Assembly (NCBI GenBank): GCA_947071285.1
Contig: CAMTFK010000001.1
Coordinates: 1 to 59,075, forward strand
Source: an uncultured Bacteroides sp.
GTDB lineage: Bacteria > Bacteroidota > Bacteroidia > Bacteroidales > Bacteroidaceae
DNA length: 59,075 nucleotides
Direction: 5' to 3'
The notes under the pieces were generated by a model, which saw only the letters and a program-made list of their open reading frames with translations, searched no databases and had not been told where the DNA came from. The translations under genes were made by a program, and so were the position numbers. Positions 39,122 to 48,440 of this stretch are shown here, in pieces (positions within the stretch are counted from its first letter, which is position 1; every line of letters starts with the position of its first letter).

Positions 39122-41902
39122 ATGACAAAAGATAACTCCATACTTATCAAAGGCGCACGCGTCAACAACCTGAAAAATATAGACGTAGAGATTCCCCGCA
39201 ACAAACTTGTCGTCATCACCGGGCTATCCGGTTCGGGCAAATCATCCCTGGCATTTGACACGCTGTACGCCGAGGGCCAACGCCGCTATGTAGAAAGTCT
39301 CAGCAGTTATGCCCGCCAGTTCCTGGGACGTATGAGTAAGCCGGAATGCGACTTTATAAAGGGAATTCCGCCTGCCATCGCCATTGAACAGAAGGTAAGC
39401 AGTCGCAATCCGCGTTCCACAGTCGGCACCTCTACCGAAATCTACGAATACCTGCGTTTGCTGTATGCCCGCATCGGACGGACATTCAGTCCCGTAAGCG
39501 GAGAAGAAGTAAAAAAACATTCCACTGAGGACATAGTAAACTGTATGCTGAGCTATCCGGAAGGAACAAGGTATACTGTGCTGGCGCCAATATTGCTGCG
39601 CGAAGGACGCACGATGGAGCAGCAACTGGACATTGATATGAAGCAAGGCTTCAACCGCCTCGAAGTAAACGGAGAGATGGTACGTATAGACGAATACCAG
39701 CCGAAAGAAAAGGATACGGTTTTCCTGTTGATAGACCGTATGGTAGCATCTAAAGAAAAGGATGCAATCAGCCGTCTGACAGACTCTGCCGAGACAGCGA
39801 TGTACGAGGGAGATGGTGCCTGCCTGCTGCGTTTCTATCAGGCCGATGGAACGACCAGTCTCTACCGTTTCAGCACAAAGTTCGAAGCCGACGGCATCAC
39901 TTTTGAAGAGCCGAACGACCAGATGTTTTCTTTCAACTCTCCTATCGGAGCCTGCCCTGAGTGCGAAGGTTTCGGTAAGGTTATCGGCATTGACGAGCAT
40001 CTGGTAGTACCCAACCGTTCACTCTCGGTTTATGATGGTGCCGTGGTGTGCTGGCGTGGCGAAGTGATGGGCGAATGGAAAGACATGGTGATACGTGGTG
40101 CGGAGAAAGCCGGATTCCCGATTTTCACCCCCTACTTTGAGTTGACGGACGAACAACGCCGGATGCTATGGGAAGGTACACCCTATTTTCAGGGTATCAA
40201 TGCTTTCTTCAAGATGGTGCAAGAAAATCAGTATAAGATACAATACCGTGTGATGCTGGCCCGCTACCGTGGCAAAACGATTTGTCCGAAGTGTCACGGC
40301 ACCCGTCTGAAACCCGAAGCCGGCTATGTACGGGTGGGTGGACGCAATATTTCCGAGCTTGTGGACCTGCCCATTACAGAACTGAAAACTTTCTTCGATA
40401 ACCTGAAACTGGATAAACACGATACGGAAGTTGCCACCCGTATTCTTACGGAAATCAATAGCCGCATCCGCTTCCTGCTCGACGTAGGTTTGGGATACCT
40501 GACGCTGAACCGCCTCAGCAATTCGCTTTCGGGTGGTGAAAGCCAGCGTATCAACCTTGCCACATCATTGGGCAGCAGCCTGGTGGGGTCGCTTTATATC
40601 CTCGATGAACCGAGTATCGGACTGCATAGCCGAGATACCGATAAGCTGATACATGTGTTGCGCCAGTTGCAGCAATTGGGCAACACGGTGGTCATTGTGG
40701 AGCATGATGAAGAGATTATCCGTGCAGCGGATTACATTATAGATATCGGTCCGAAAGCCGGACGCCTGGGCGGACAAGTGGTCTACCAGGGAGATATGAA
40801 GGATTTGCAACCGGGTAGTGACAGTTACACCGTTCGCTATCTGCTGGGTGAGGAAGAGATTCCCGTTCCGGAGCACCGCCGTCCTTGGAACAACTATATT
40901 GAACTGACCGGAGCGCGGGAGAACAACCTGAAAGGTGTAAATGTACGTTTCCCGCTGAACGTGATGACCGTGGTGACCGGTGTCAGTGGTTCTGGAAAAA
41001 GTACACTGGTACGCGACATCTTTTTCCGTGCCCTGAAACGCGAACTGGATGAATGTAGTGAGCGCCCGGGTGAATTCGCCTCTATCGGCGGGGACCTTCA
41101 GAATCTGCGGAATGTGGAGTTCGTAGACCAGAACCCTATCGGCAAGTCGAGCCGTTCAAACCCGGTGACTTATCTTAAGGCTTATGACGAGATACGCAAA
41201 CTGTGGGCAGAGCAACCGCTTGCCAAACAGATGGGCTATAGCGCCGGGCACTTCTCTTTCAACAGTGAGGGTGGACGTTGCGAAGAGTGTAAAGGAGACG
41301 GAACCATCACCGTAGAGATGCAGTTCATGGCCGACCTTGTGCTGGAATGTGAGACGTGTCACGGCAAACGCTTCAAAGCCGATACGCTGGAAGTGAAGTT
41401 CCACGACGTCAATATATATGATGTGCTGGAAATGACCGTCAACCAAGCTGTGGAGTTCTTTACCAAGCACGGACAAAAGAAAATCGTGAAGAAACTCGCT
41501 CCACTACAAGATGTGGGATTGGGTTATATCAAACTGGGGCAGTCCTCCTCCACCCTTTCTGGCGGTGAAAACCAACGCGTGAAGCTGGCCTACTATCTCA
41601 GTCAGGAAAAGGCGGACCCTACCATGTTCATCTTCGACGAACCAACCACGGGATTGCATTTCCACGACATACGCAAACTGTTGGAAGCATTTGATGCCCT
41701 GATACTTCGCGGGCATTCCATCGTTATCATCGAGCATAATATGGATGTCATTAAATGTGCCGACTATGTGATAGACCTTGGCCCGGAAGGTGGCGACAGG
41801 GGAGGAAATCTTGTTGCAGCAGGCACGCCGGAAGAAGTGGCGAAATGCGCGGCAAGCTATACAGGACAGTTTCTGCAAGAGAAATTACACGGGCAGGGAT
41901 AG
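39122..41902 (+). CDS. uvrA: Excinuclease ABC subunit A
   Basis: [23 protein letters not shown], CxxC zinc fingers, two LSGGE signatures, second Walker A GVSGSGKS. Confidence 0.97.
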   Translation: MTKDNSILIKGARVNNLKNIDVEIPRNKLVVITGLSGSGKSSLAFDTLYAEGQRRYVESLSSYARQFLGRMSKPECDFIKGIPPAIAIEQKVSSRNPRSTVGTSTEIYEYLRLLYARIGRTFSPVSGEEVKKHSTEDIVNCMLSYPEGTRYTVLAPILLREGRTMEQQLDIDMKQGFNRLEVNGEMVRIDEYQPKEKDTVFLLIDRMVASKEKDAISRLTDSAETAMYEGDGACLLRFYQADGTTSLYRFSTKFEADGITFEEPNDQMFSFNSPIGACPECEGFGKVIGIDEHLVVPNRSLSVYDGAVVCWRGEVMGEWKDMVIRGAEKAGFPIFTPYFELTDEQRRMLWEGTPYFQGINAFFKMVQENQYKIQYRVMLARYRGKTICPKCHGTRLKPEAGYVRVGGRNISELVDLPITELKTFFDNLKLDKHDTEVATRILTEINSRIRFLLDVGLGYLTLNRLSNSLSGGESQRINLATSLGSSLVGSLYILDEPSIGLHSRDTDKLIHVLRQLQQLGNTVVIVEHDEEIIRAADYIIDIGPKAGRLGGQVVYQGDMKDLQPGSDSYTVRYLLGEEEIPVPEHRRPWNNYIELTGARENNLKGVNVRFPLNVMTVVTGVSGSGKSTLVRDIFFRALKRELDECSERPGEFASIGGDLQNLRNVEFVDQNPIGKSSRSNPVTYLKAYDEIRKLWAEQPLAKQMGYSAGHFSFNSEGGRCEECKGDGTITVEMQFMADLVLECETCHGKRFKADTLEVKFHDVNIYDVLEMTVNQAVEFFTKHGQKKIVKKLAPLQDVGLGYIKLGQSSSTLSGGENQRVKLAYYLSQEKADPTMFIFDEPTTGLHFHDIRKLLEAFDALILRGHSIVIIEHNMDVIKCADYVIDLGPEGGDRGGNLVAAGTPEEVAKCAASYTGQFLQEKLHGQG

Positions 41903-42040
41903 TGCCTATTGGCAGAGCTAACCCCTTTCCTTAGGGTTGTGAATTAGTAACAAGTGACAAGTATCCTTCACTGGTTTATATTTGACTTATAACCCTTCAG
42001 AAGTAATACACTATAAATAAAGTAATTACTGTCACTATTT

Positions 42041-42122
42041 TGCCAACGTTTTGCCACCGCTTTGGCAAAGTCTTGCCACTGCGATGGCAAAAGTTTGCCA
42101 AAGCGGTGGCAAAACGTTGGCA
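42041..42122. repeat. 22-bp-period palindromic array with 29-bp perfect terminal inverted arms
   Basis: TGCCA-N6-TGGCA at 42052, 42074 and 42096. 42041-42069 is the exact reverse complement of 42094-42122. Confidence 0.92.
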
Positions 42123-42123
42123 T

Positions 42124-42609
42124 TTAGAAGTAGAAGCCGAAACCTACTTTCAAGCCGAACACCGAACGGTCACTGTTCACATTCCAATACACAGCAGGCT
42201 CAAGCGTCACCGTCTTCGTCAGGAAGAAGGCATAGCCTGCTTCTGCTCCAAATGAAAACTTGGTGTCGTCGCTTGTTCCCCAGTCCCAACGGTCCACATT
42301 GATGTCGGCACCCAGATACACGCCTACATTGCTGAAATAATAACGACCGCCTACGCCAAGGGTATAGACATCCGTATCCGAACCGCCATTATTCCAGGCA
42401 GCACCTGCATGTATCAACAATGCCACATTATCCAACAGGAACGCACCACCTTTGGCTTCAATGCCGAAAGAGGTCTTGTCCGTATCCGTGTTGTGCGACA
42501 GACCTAAACCTGAAATCGAGGGATTCAAAATCCACTTTCCTTTTTCAAACTGCGCCTGAGCAGCCACTGTGGCCACAAGCAGACATACGAGTAATGCTAA
42601 TCTTTTCAT
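42124..42609 (-). CDS. Small outer-membrane beta-barrel protein
   Basis: Signal peptide AQAQFEKG, amphipathic strands, GGRYY, C-terminal GFGFYF. Confidence 0.88.
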   Translation of the reverse strand: MKRLALLVCLLVATVAAQAQFEKGKWILNPSISGLGLSHNTDTDKTSFGIEAKGGAFLLDNVALLIHAGAAWNNGGSDTDVYTLGVGGRYYFSNVGVYLGADINVDRWDWGTSDDTKFSFGAEAGYAFFLTKTVTLEPAVYWNVNSDRSVFGLKVGFGFYF

Positions 42610-42611
42610 TG

Positions 42612-42851
42612 TTACTTATAGTTTTTGGTGTTATTGTACTTTTCTTCTTCTTCACGACGCTTCCTCTGTAGCTCTTCTTTTTTGCGCAACACCAGCCAGA
42701 GAATTAACACGATCACATACGACGCCCCAACCGTGACGTACTTTTCCGTATCGCTGATGACTGTGTTACGCGGCAGAAAATAGGCAGCCGTGGCACTTAC
42801 ATAAATAAGCAGAGCAATCGTGATGCTTGTAGATTTCTTGAATTTCTTCAT
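42612..42851 (-). CDS. Small 2-TM membrane protein
   Basis: Two hydrophobic helices and a charged tail. Its start overlaps the cstA stop (TAATG). Confidence 0.8.
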   Translation of the reverse strand: MKKFKKSTSITIALLIYVSATAAYFLPRNTVISDTEKYVTVGASYVIVLILWLVLRKKEELQRKRREEEEKYNNTKNYK

Positions 42852-44281
42852 TACCTAAGTTTTTTAGTTGTCTTGAAATACCAGATATTGAACCAGATTA
42901 CAGCTATTGAGGCAGACAGTATAGCGATACCGGAAACGAACCCGGGTCCCATCCCGAAGCCTTCGGGAGCTATACAGATATATGTTGTACAAACAGCCGT
43001 CATAAATATAGCCGGAAGATAGGTCACATAATAATAGTGTCCTTTCTTCTCACGCACCAGATAAACCGTTATCGCCCAAAGCGTAAAGACGGACAACGTC
43101 TGGTTGGTCCATGCAAAGTAGCGCCAAATCATGTCAAAGCCCTCTTTGTCGCGCAGGCTGTAAAGCAACAGCCCGATGGCGACGAGAAACATCGGGATAC
43201 ATATATATAAACGGCGGCGCATGGATTTTTGTTCCATCCCCAAGAAGTCCGCCACGATGAGACGGGCAGAGCGGAAAGCAGTGTCACCACTGGTGATGGG
43301 CGCAGCAATCACACCCAGTATGGCAAGCACACCGCCCACAGCGCCAAGCCAGTTCTTGGTGATGGCATCTACCACCACAGCGGCATTATTTTCACCCATC
43401 CCATTTTCATGGAAGAAGTAAGTGGCGGCGGCAGCCCATATCAGGGCAACGATGCCCTCGGTAATCATGGCGCCATAAAAGACGGGGCGACCGTGGCGTT
43501 CGCTCGTCATGCAACGTGCCATCAACGGACTTTGCGTAGCATGAAAACCACTAATAGCACCACAAGCAATGCTGACAAACATCATAGGAAAGATGGGAAG
43601 CGCAGCAGCATCGGGGTGCGTGTTCTGCAACCCGTCCCAGATTTCCGGTAAGGCGGGGTGCTTCACATAGAGCATCACCAATATGCCCACAGCCATAAAC
43701 AGCAGTGCGGCAGCAAAAAGCGGATATATCTTGCCGATAATCTTATCAACAGGCAACAGGGTGGCAAGAATATAGTAGATGAACACCACGACAATCCAAA
43801 AAGTAGCGTCCATATAGTCAGGCGTCAACTTAGCCAACAATCCGGCAGGACCGGCTACAAAAACAGCTCCCACCAATATCATCAGCAGTACGGTGAAACC
43901 ACGCATCACCTGTTTGGTAGTCATTCCCAGATAACGGCCTATTATCTCCGGCAGACTTTCGCCGCCATTACGCAGGGAGAGCATGCCCGCCAGATAATCG
44001 TGCACAGCACCGGCAAAGATGCTGCCGAGCACAATCCACAGATAAGATGCGGTTCCAAACTTGGCTCCCATGATAGCACCGAAGATAGGTCCCAATCCGG
44101 CAATATTGAGAAATTGTATCATGAAAATTTTCCAAGTGGGCAGAGGAATATAGTCCACCCCGTCAGCCTTAGTCAAAGCAGGTGTCTTGCGATCGTCAGG
44201 ACCGAAAATACGTTCAACAAAACGCCCGTAAAGAAAATAGCCAGCTATCAACGCCAGCAGGCAGAGTGTAAATGTAATCAT
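42851..44281 (-). CDS. cstA: Carbon starvation protein A family transporter
   Basis: DGVDY, QFLNIAGLGPIFGA, FAGAVHDY, IACGAISGFHATQSP, ITSGDTAFRSAR. Confidence 0.95.
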   Translation of the reverse strand: MITFTLCLLALIAGYFLYGRFVERIFGPDDRKTPALTKADGVDYIPLPTWKIFMIQFLNIAGLGPIFGAIMGAKFGTASYLWIVLGSIFAGAVHDYLAGMLSLRNGGESLPEIIGRYLGMTTKQVMRGFTVLLMILVGAVFVAGPAGLLAKLTPDYMDATFWIVVVFIYYILATLLPVDKIIGKIYPLFAAALLFMAVGILVMLYVKHPALPEIWDGLQNTHPDAAALPIFPMMFVSIACGAISGFHATQSPLMARCMTSERHGRPVFYGAMITEGIVALIWAAAATYFFHENGMGENNAAVVVDAITKNWLGAVGGVLAILGVIAAPITSGDTAFRSARLIVADFLGMEQKSMRRRLYICIPMFLVAIGLLLYSLRDKEGFDMIWRYFAWTNQTLSVFTLWAITVYLVREKKGHYYYVTYLPAIFMTAVCTTYICIAPEGFGMGPGFVSGIAILSASIAVIWFNIWYFKTTKKLR

Positions 44282-44427
44282 GGCGTGTCAATTGATTAAT
44301 TTTAATGGTCACAAATGTAACAGTTTCTTAGGAAACTGCACAACTTTCTCGGGTGTTTTACTTATCTTCGCCGCTAAAAATAACAGAAAAAAAGAAGTAA
44401 ATGACAGATATATAAATCCATCATATC

Positions 44428-45903
44428 ATGAAACAGCTATTACTTACTATACTATTCATAACATTTATCCTGCCCCTTGCTGCGCAATCCGTCGGTGAAA
44501 CACCTGCCCATCCGCCCAAATACGAGGTACGCGCCGCCTGGGTGACTGCCGTCTATGGGCTGGACTGGCCCCGTTCCCGTGCCACCACTCCCGAAGGCAT
44601 CCGAAAGCAAAAAGCAGAGCTTATCGAAATACTGGACCGGCTGAAAGCCGCCAACTTCAATACCGTTCTGTTTCAGACACGTACACGCGGTGACGTGCTC
44701 TACCGTTCAAAGATAGAGCCTTTCAACTCCATCCTGACCGGAAAGATTGGTGGAGATCCCGGATACGACCCATTGACTTTTGCTGTGGAAGAATGCCACA
44801 AGCGCGGAATGGAATGTCATGCCTGGATGGTGGCTATTCCACTGGGCAACCGCAAACATGTTACTTCTTTGGGTAAAGAATCCGTTACCAAAAAGAAAGC
44901 CTCTATCTGTGTGCCTTACAAACGGGAATATTTCCTCAATCCCGGACATCCGGAGACGAAAGAATATCTGATGAACCTTGTTCGCGAAGTAGTGACGAAC
45001 TACGATGTGGATGGTGTTCACTTCGACTACCTGCGCTATCCGGAAAATGCTCCGCGCTTTCCCGACGCTTACGATTTCCGCAAATACGGTAAAGGCCGCG
45101 ACCTTGCCCAATGGCGCCGTGACAACATCACTGAAATAGTCCGCCACCTCTATAAAGGTGTGAAAGCCCTGAAACCGTGGGTGAAAGTAAGCACCTGTCC
45201 CGTAGGCAAATATCGTGATACTTCGCGCTACCCCTCCCGCGGTTGGAATGCTTTCCATACTGTTTACCAAGATGCGCAAGGTTGGTTGGGCGAAGGCATT
45301 CAGGACCAGATATATCCAATGCTCTATTTTCGTGGCAATCATTTTTATCCTTTCGCCCTCGACTGGCAGGAACAAAGCAACGGGCGCCAAATCATTCCCG
45401 GTCTGGGCATCTATTTCCTCGATCCCAGCGAAGGCAACTGGACACTGGACGAGGTGGAACGCCAGATGAACTTTATCCGTGCCCATAAACTGGCAGGACA
45501 AGCCCACTATCGCATGAAATACCTGATGGACAACACGCAAGGATTGTACGACGCCCTGGAAGAAGACTTCTACACCGCCCCTGCCCTGCAACCCGCCATG
45601 CCCTGGATAGACAATGTGCCGCCGACAACTCCCACTCACCTCATTGTCACCCGGCAACCGGATGGATATACCCATTTAAGTTGGATGCCTTCTACGGATA
45701 ATGATAAGCGCAATGTGCCGACTTACGTCATCTATGGTTCGGATACCCATCCGGTAGATACATCCAATCCGGAGAATATCATTGCTCAGCGTGTACAAGG
45801 AACGGAATACACTTATGCTCCCGTACGTTTGTGGACGGCAAAGAAATACTTTGCAGTCACTGCCGTAGACCGTTGCGGCAACGAGAGCGAGGCGTGCAGA
45901 TAA
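44428..45903 (+). CDS. Second GHL10 (DUF187) glycosyl hydrolase
   Basis: EVRAAW, GLDWP, FQTRTRGD, ECHKRGMECHAW, DVDGVHFDYLRYP, QWRRDNIT; C-terminal FN3-like domain. Confidence 0.9.
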   Translation: MKQLLLTILFITFILPLAAQSVGETPAHPPKYEVRAAWVTAVYGLDWPRSRATTPEGIRKQKAELIEILDRLKAANFNTVLFQTRTRGDVLYRSKIEPFNSILTGKIGGDPGYDPLTFAVEECHKRGMECHAWMVAIPLGNRKHVTSLGKESVTKKKASICVPYKREYFLNPGHPETKEYLMNLVREVVTNYDVDGVHFDYLRYPENAPRFPDAYDFRKYGKGRDLAQWRRDNITEIVRHLYKGVKALKPWVKVSTCPVGKYRDTSRYPSRGWNAFHTVYQDAQGWLGEGIQDQIYPMLYFRGNHFYPFALDWQEQSNGRQIIPGLGIYFLDPSEGNWTLDEVERQMNFIRAHKLAGQAHYRMKYLMDNTQGLYDALEEDFYTAPALQPAMPWIDNVPPTTPTHLIVTRQPDGYTHLSWMPSTDNDKRNVPTYVIYGSDTHPVDTSNPENIIAQRVQGTEYTYAPVRLWTAKKYFAVTAVDRCGNESEACR

Positions 45904-45918
45904 ATCTTAAAGTTCCGG

Positions 45919-47109
45919 CTATATCCGCATGTAAGCTCTATACCTACTTTGGGGAGTAACCGGCGTCAAAGCCAGGTAACCGGAAGACACTCTGCCGTTC
46001 TCCACTATCAGAGGATAATCCTTTGTATCCTGCTCATGCTGTGCCCGTAGCGCTTCATTAGAAGGGTAATAATCAATAGAGAAAAAGCCCTCACTGCCTG
46101 GAGCAACGAAATTTTTGTAAAGTTGATGCGCAACAATTCCCATCGTCATGCGCACGTTGACTTCAACATGTGGATGGATGGCATATGGGTGTTCGCCTTC
46201 CTGCCGGCAAACCATCATATCCACCCCCAAAGGTCCAGCGTACGATTCAGCATAAATAGTCTCAAGCCCTTTCTGCAAGCACTCGCGTATATTTACCACT
46301 GCCTGCAAAGGAACATATTGTTGTAACCACTGTTCTACCTCTGCATCCGAAATCAGGATATTTCCATGGTAAGCACCTTGCTCGTTGGTAATGAACCGTG
46401 AATAACCAGTGAAAAGTATCTTTCCCTGGCCGTTGGAATAGAATTCCATAGCAAAATCCCCCACCTTATTATATACAGGCTCCACAATGACAGCCCCATG
46501 TTCATCCAGTTCACGTTTACACCAATCGGTGGTAGCTTTTGTAAGTCCACGGCGACACCAGCGCAATCCTTTTCCACTACCCGACCATACCGACTTAAAG
46601 ACATAACTTTCACCGAAGCCTTTAGCTACCGCATCAGAGAACTCCTCCTTTCCATTCCCTTCCACCAGACGGTGTTTCCCACAAACATAGTCCACTTTAT
46701 GAACATCAAAAATAAGACAAAGGAATATTGTGTGGATGCGGGAAGACAACCCACGATATTCACAAAGATCATCCTTCGTCGGTAGTTTCCACTCTGCAAT
46801 GCCACCCTTCAGCATACGCTTACGAAAAGCCGGATTCCATCCCCACGGCATAATCTGAGATTCTGTGTAATCAGGTAACTCCGGTTCGGTAACCAACTGT
46901 ACAGAGAGCGAAAACACATTCTTCATCATCTTCAGGAAATCAGCATTATAAGCTGAAGGGGCAAGCACTGCACTGCCGGGCTGAGCATACCAGATAGGTA
47001 ATATAGCAAGATCTTGAGCCATACGGCGGGCAGAAGCGGGAGCCATATAGTTTTCTTCATTGTTAGCCATTGCCATGTCTGTGTCAGGGTTAAATACGTA
47101 GAGTTTCAT
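45919..47109 (-). CDS. Conserved hypothetical protein, probable ATP-grasp fold
   Basis: Long ORF with KSVWSGSGKG, IVEP, GPLGVDMM and VEVNVRMTMG, which resemble ATP-grasp motifs. Confidence 0.7.
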   Translation of the reverse strand: MKLYVFNPDTDMAMANNEENYMAPASARRMAQDLAILPIWYAQPGSAVLAPSAYNADFLKMMKNVFSLSVQLVTEPELPDYTESQIMPWGWNPAFRKRMLKGGIAEWKLPTKDDLCEYRGLSSRIHTIFLCLIFDVHKVDYVCGKHRLVEGNGKEEFSDAVAKGFGESYVFKSVWSGSGKGLRWCRRGLTKATTDWCKRELDEHGAVIVEPVYNKVGDFAMEFYSNGQGKILFTGYSRFITNEQGAYHGNILISDAEVEQWLQQYVPLQAVVNIRECLQKGLETIYAESYAGPLGVDMMVCRQEGEHPYAIHPHVEVNVRMTMGIVAHQLYKNFVAPGSEGFFSIDYYPSNEALRAQHEQDTKDYPLIVENGRVSSGYLALTPVTPQSRYRAYMRI

Positions 47110-47142
47110 ACAATATATTGTTCTTAATTAGGTTTGAGGGTG

Positions 47143-47202
47143 CAAATTTACATAATATTTGCCATCTCTACTTTGCAATTCTATAAAAAAGACGTATATT
47201 TG
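47143..47202. promoter_or_regulatory. Divergent promoter pair
   Basis: Minus strand: TAAATTTG at 47143-47150. Plus strand: TTTG at 47172 with TATATTTG at 47195-47202 (19-nt spacer). Confidence 0.55.
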
Positions 47203-47228
47203 TCGCCCGATAAACCGAATTTAACAGC

Positions 47229-48407
47229 ATGGAAGCATTCTACCGCACACACGCCTATCTTGTTGAGCATACCAATGCCCCTGTTCGCCGTGACCTCATG
47301 GATGAGATCAACTGGAACGACCGCCTCATCGGTATTAAAGGAACGCGTGGTGTAGGTAAAACCACGTTTCTGTTGCAATACGCTAAAGAGAAATTCGGAA
47401 CCGACCGCTCCTGCCTTTTCATTAATATGAACAATTTCTACTTTTCCAATTTCAGCATCGTTGATTTCGCTTATGAATTCCAACGCCGTGGTGGGAAAGT
47501 GTTGTTGATAGACCAGGTGTTCAAGCATCCTGACTGGAGCAGGGAACTGAGAATGTGTTACGACCGTTTTCCCAACCTTAAAATCGTCTTCACCGGTTCG
47601 TCCGTGATGCGACTGAAAGAGGAAAACCTGGAACTGCGTGATATAGTGAAGAGTTATAACCTGCGTGGTTTCTCTTTCCGTGAATATCTGAACCTGCAAA
47701 CCGGAATGAAGTTCCGTGCTTATACACTGGAAGAAATTTTGAGCAACCACGAACAGATTGCCAAAGGCATCCTTTCGAAGGTACGCCCACTGGATTACTT
47801 GCAGGACTATCTGCACCACGGTTTCTATCCGTTCTTCCTGGAAAAACGCAATTTCTCGGAGAATCTGCTGAAGACCATGAACATGATGGTGGAAGTAGAT
47901 ATCTTGCTTGTCAAGCAGATCGAACTGAAATATCTTCCGAAAATAAAGAAACTGCTTTATATGCTGGCAGTAGACGGTCCGAAAGCACCGAATGTAAGCC
48001 AGTTGGCAAACGATATACAGACATCCCGTGCCACGGTGATGAACTACATTAAATATCTGGCAGATGCACGCCTCATCAATATGGTATATCCGAAGGGAGA
48101 AGAATTCCCCAAGAAACCATCGAAGATTATGATGCACAACTCTAACCTGATGTACTCCATCTACCCCGTGAAAGTGGAAGAACTGGATGTACTGGACACT
48201 TTCTTCGCAAACACCTTGTGGAAAGACCATAAAGTGAACAAAGGCGACAAGAATATGTCGTTCCTGGTGGACGATGTGATGCCTTTCAAGATTTGTCCGG
48301 AAGGAATGAAGATTAAGAACAATCCCGGCGTCACCTACGCCCTGCACAAAGCGGAAATAGGAAGAGGGAATCAGATTCCACTCTGGATGTTCGGCTTTTT
48401 ATATTGA
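47229..48407 (+). CDS. AAA+ ATPase (AAA_14/DUF4143-like)
   Basis: Walker A GTRGVGKTT, Walker B-like LLIDQV, FTGSS, GFSFREYL, GFYPF. Confidence 0.88.
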   Translation: MEAFYRTHAYLVEHTNAPVRRDLMDEINWNDRLIGIKGTRGVGKTTFLLQYAKEKFGTDRSCLFINMNNFYFSNFSIVDFAYEFQRRGGKVLLIDQVFKHPDWSRELRMCYDRFPNLKIVFTGSSVMRLKEENLELRDIVKSYNLRGFSFREYLNLQTGMKFRAYTLEEILSNHEQIAKGILSKVRPLDYLQDYLHHGFYPFFLEKRNFSENLLKTMNMMVEVDILLVKQIELKYLPKIKKLLYMLAVDGPKAPNVSQLANDIQTSRATVMNYIKYLADARLINMVYPKGEEFPKKPSKIMMHNSNLMYSIYPVKVEELDVLDTFFANTLWKDHKVNKGDKNMSFLVDDVMPFKICPEGMKIKNNPGVTYALHKAEIGRGNQIPLWMFGFLY

Positions 48408-48440
48408 GATTTATTCACTTAATAATAATTCAATTTAGTT

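Noticed and set aside
41933-41996. Invertible promoter
   Set aside because: The flanking inverted repeats are imperfect at DNA level (they rely on G-U pairs) and no recombinase lies in the window.
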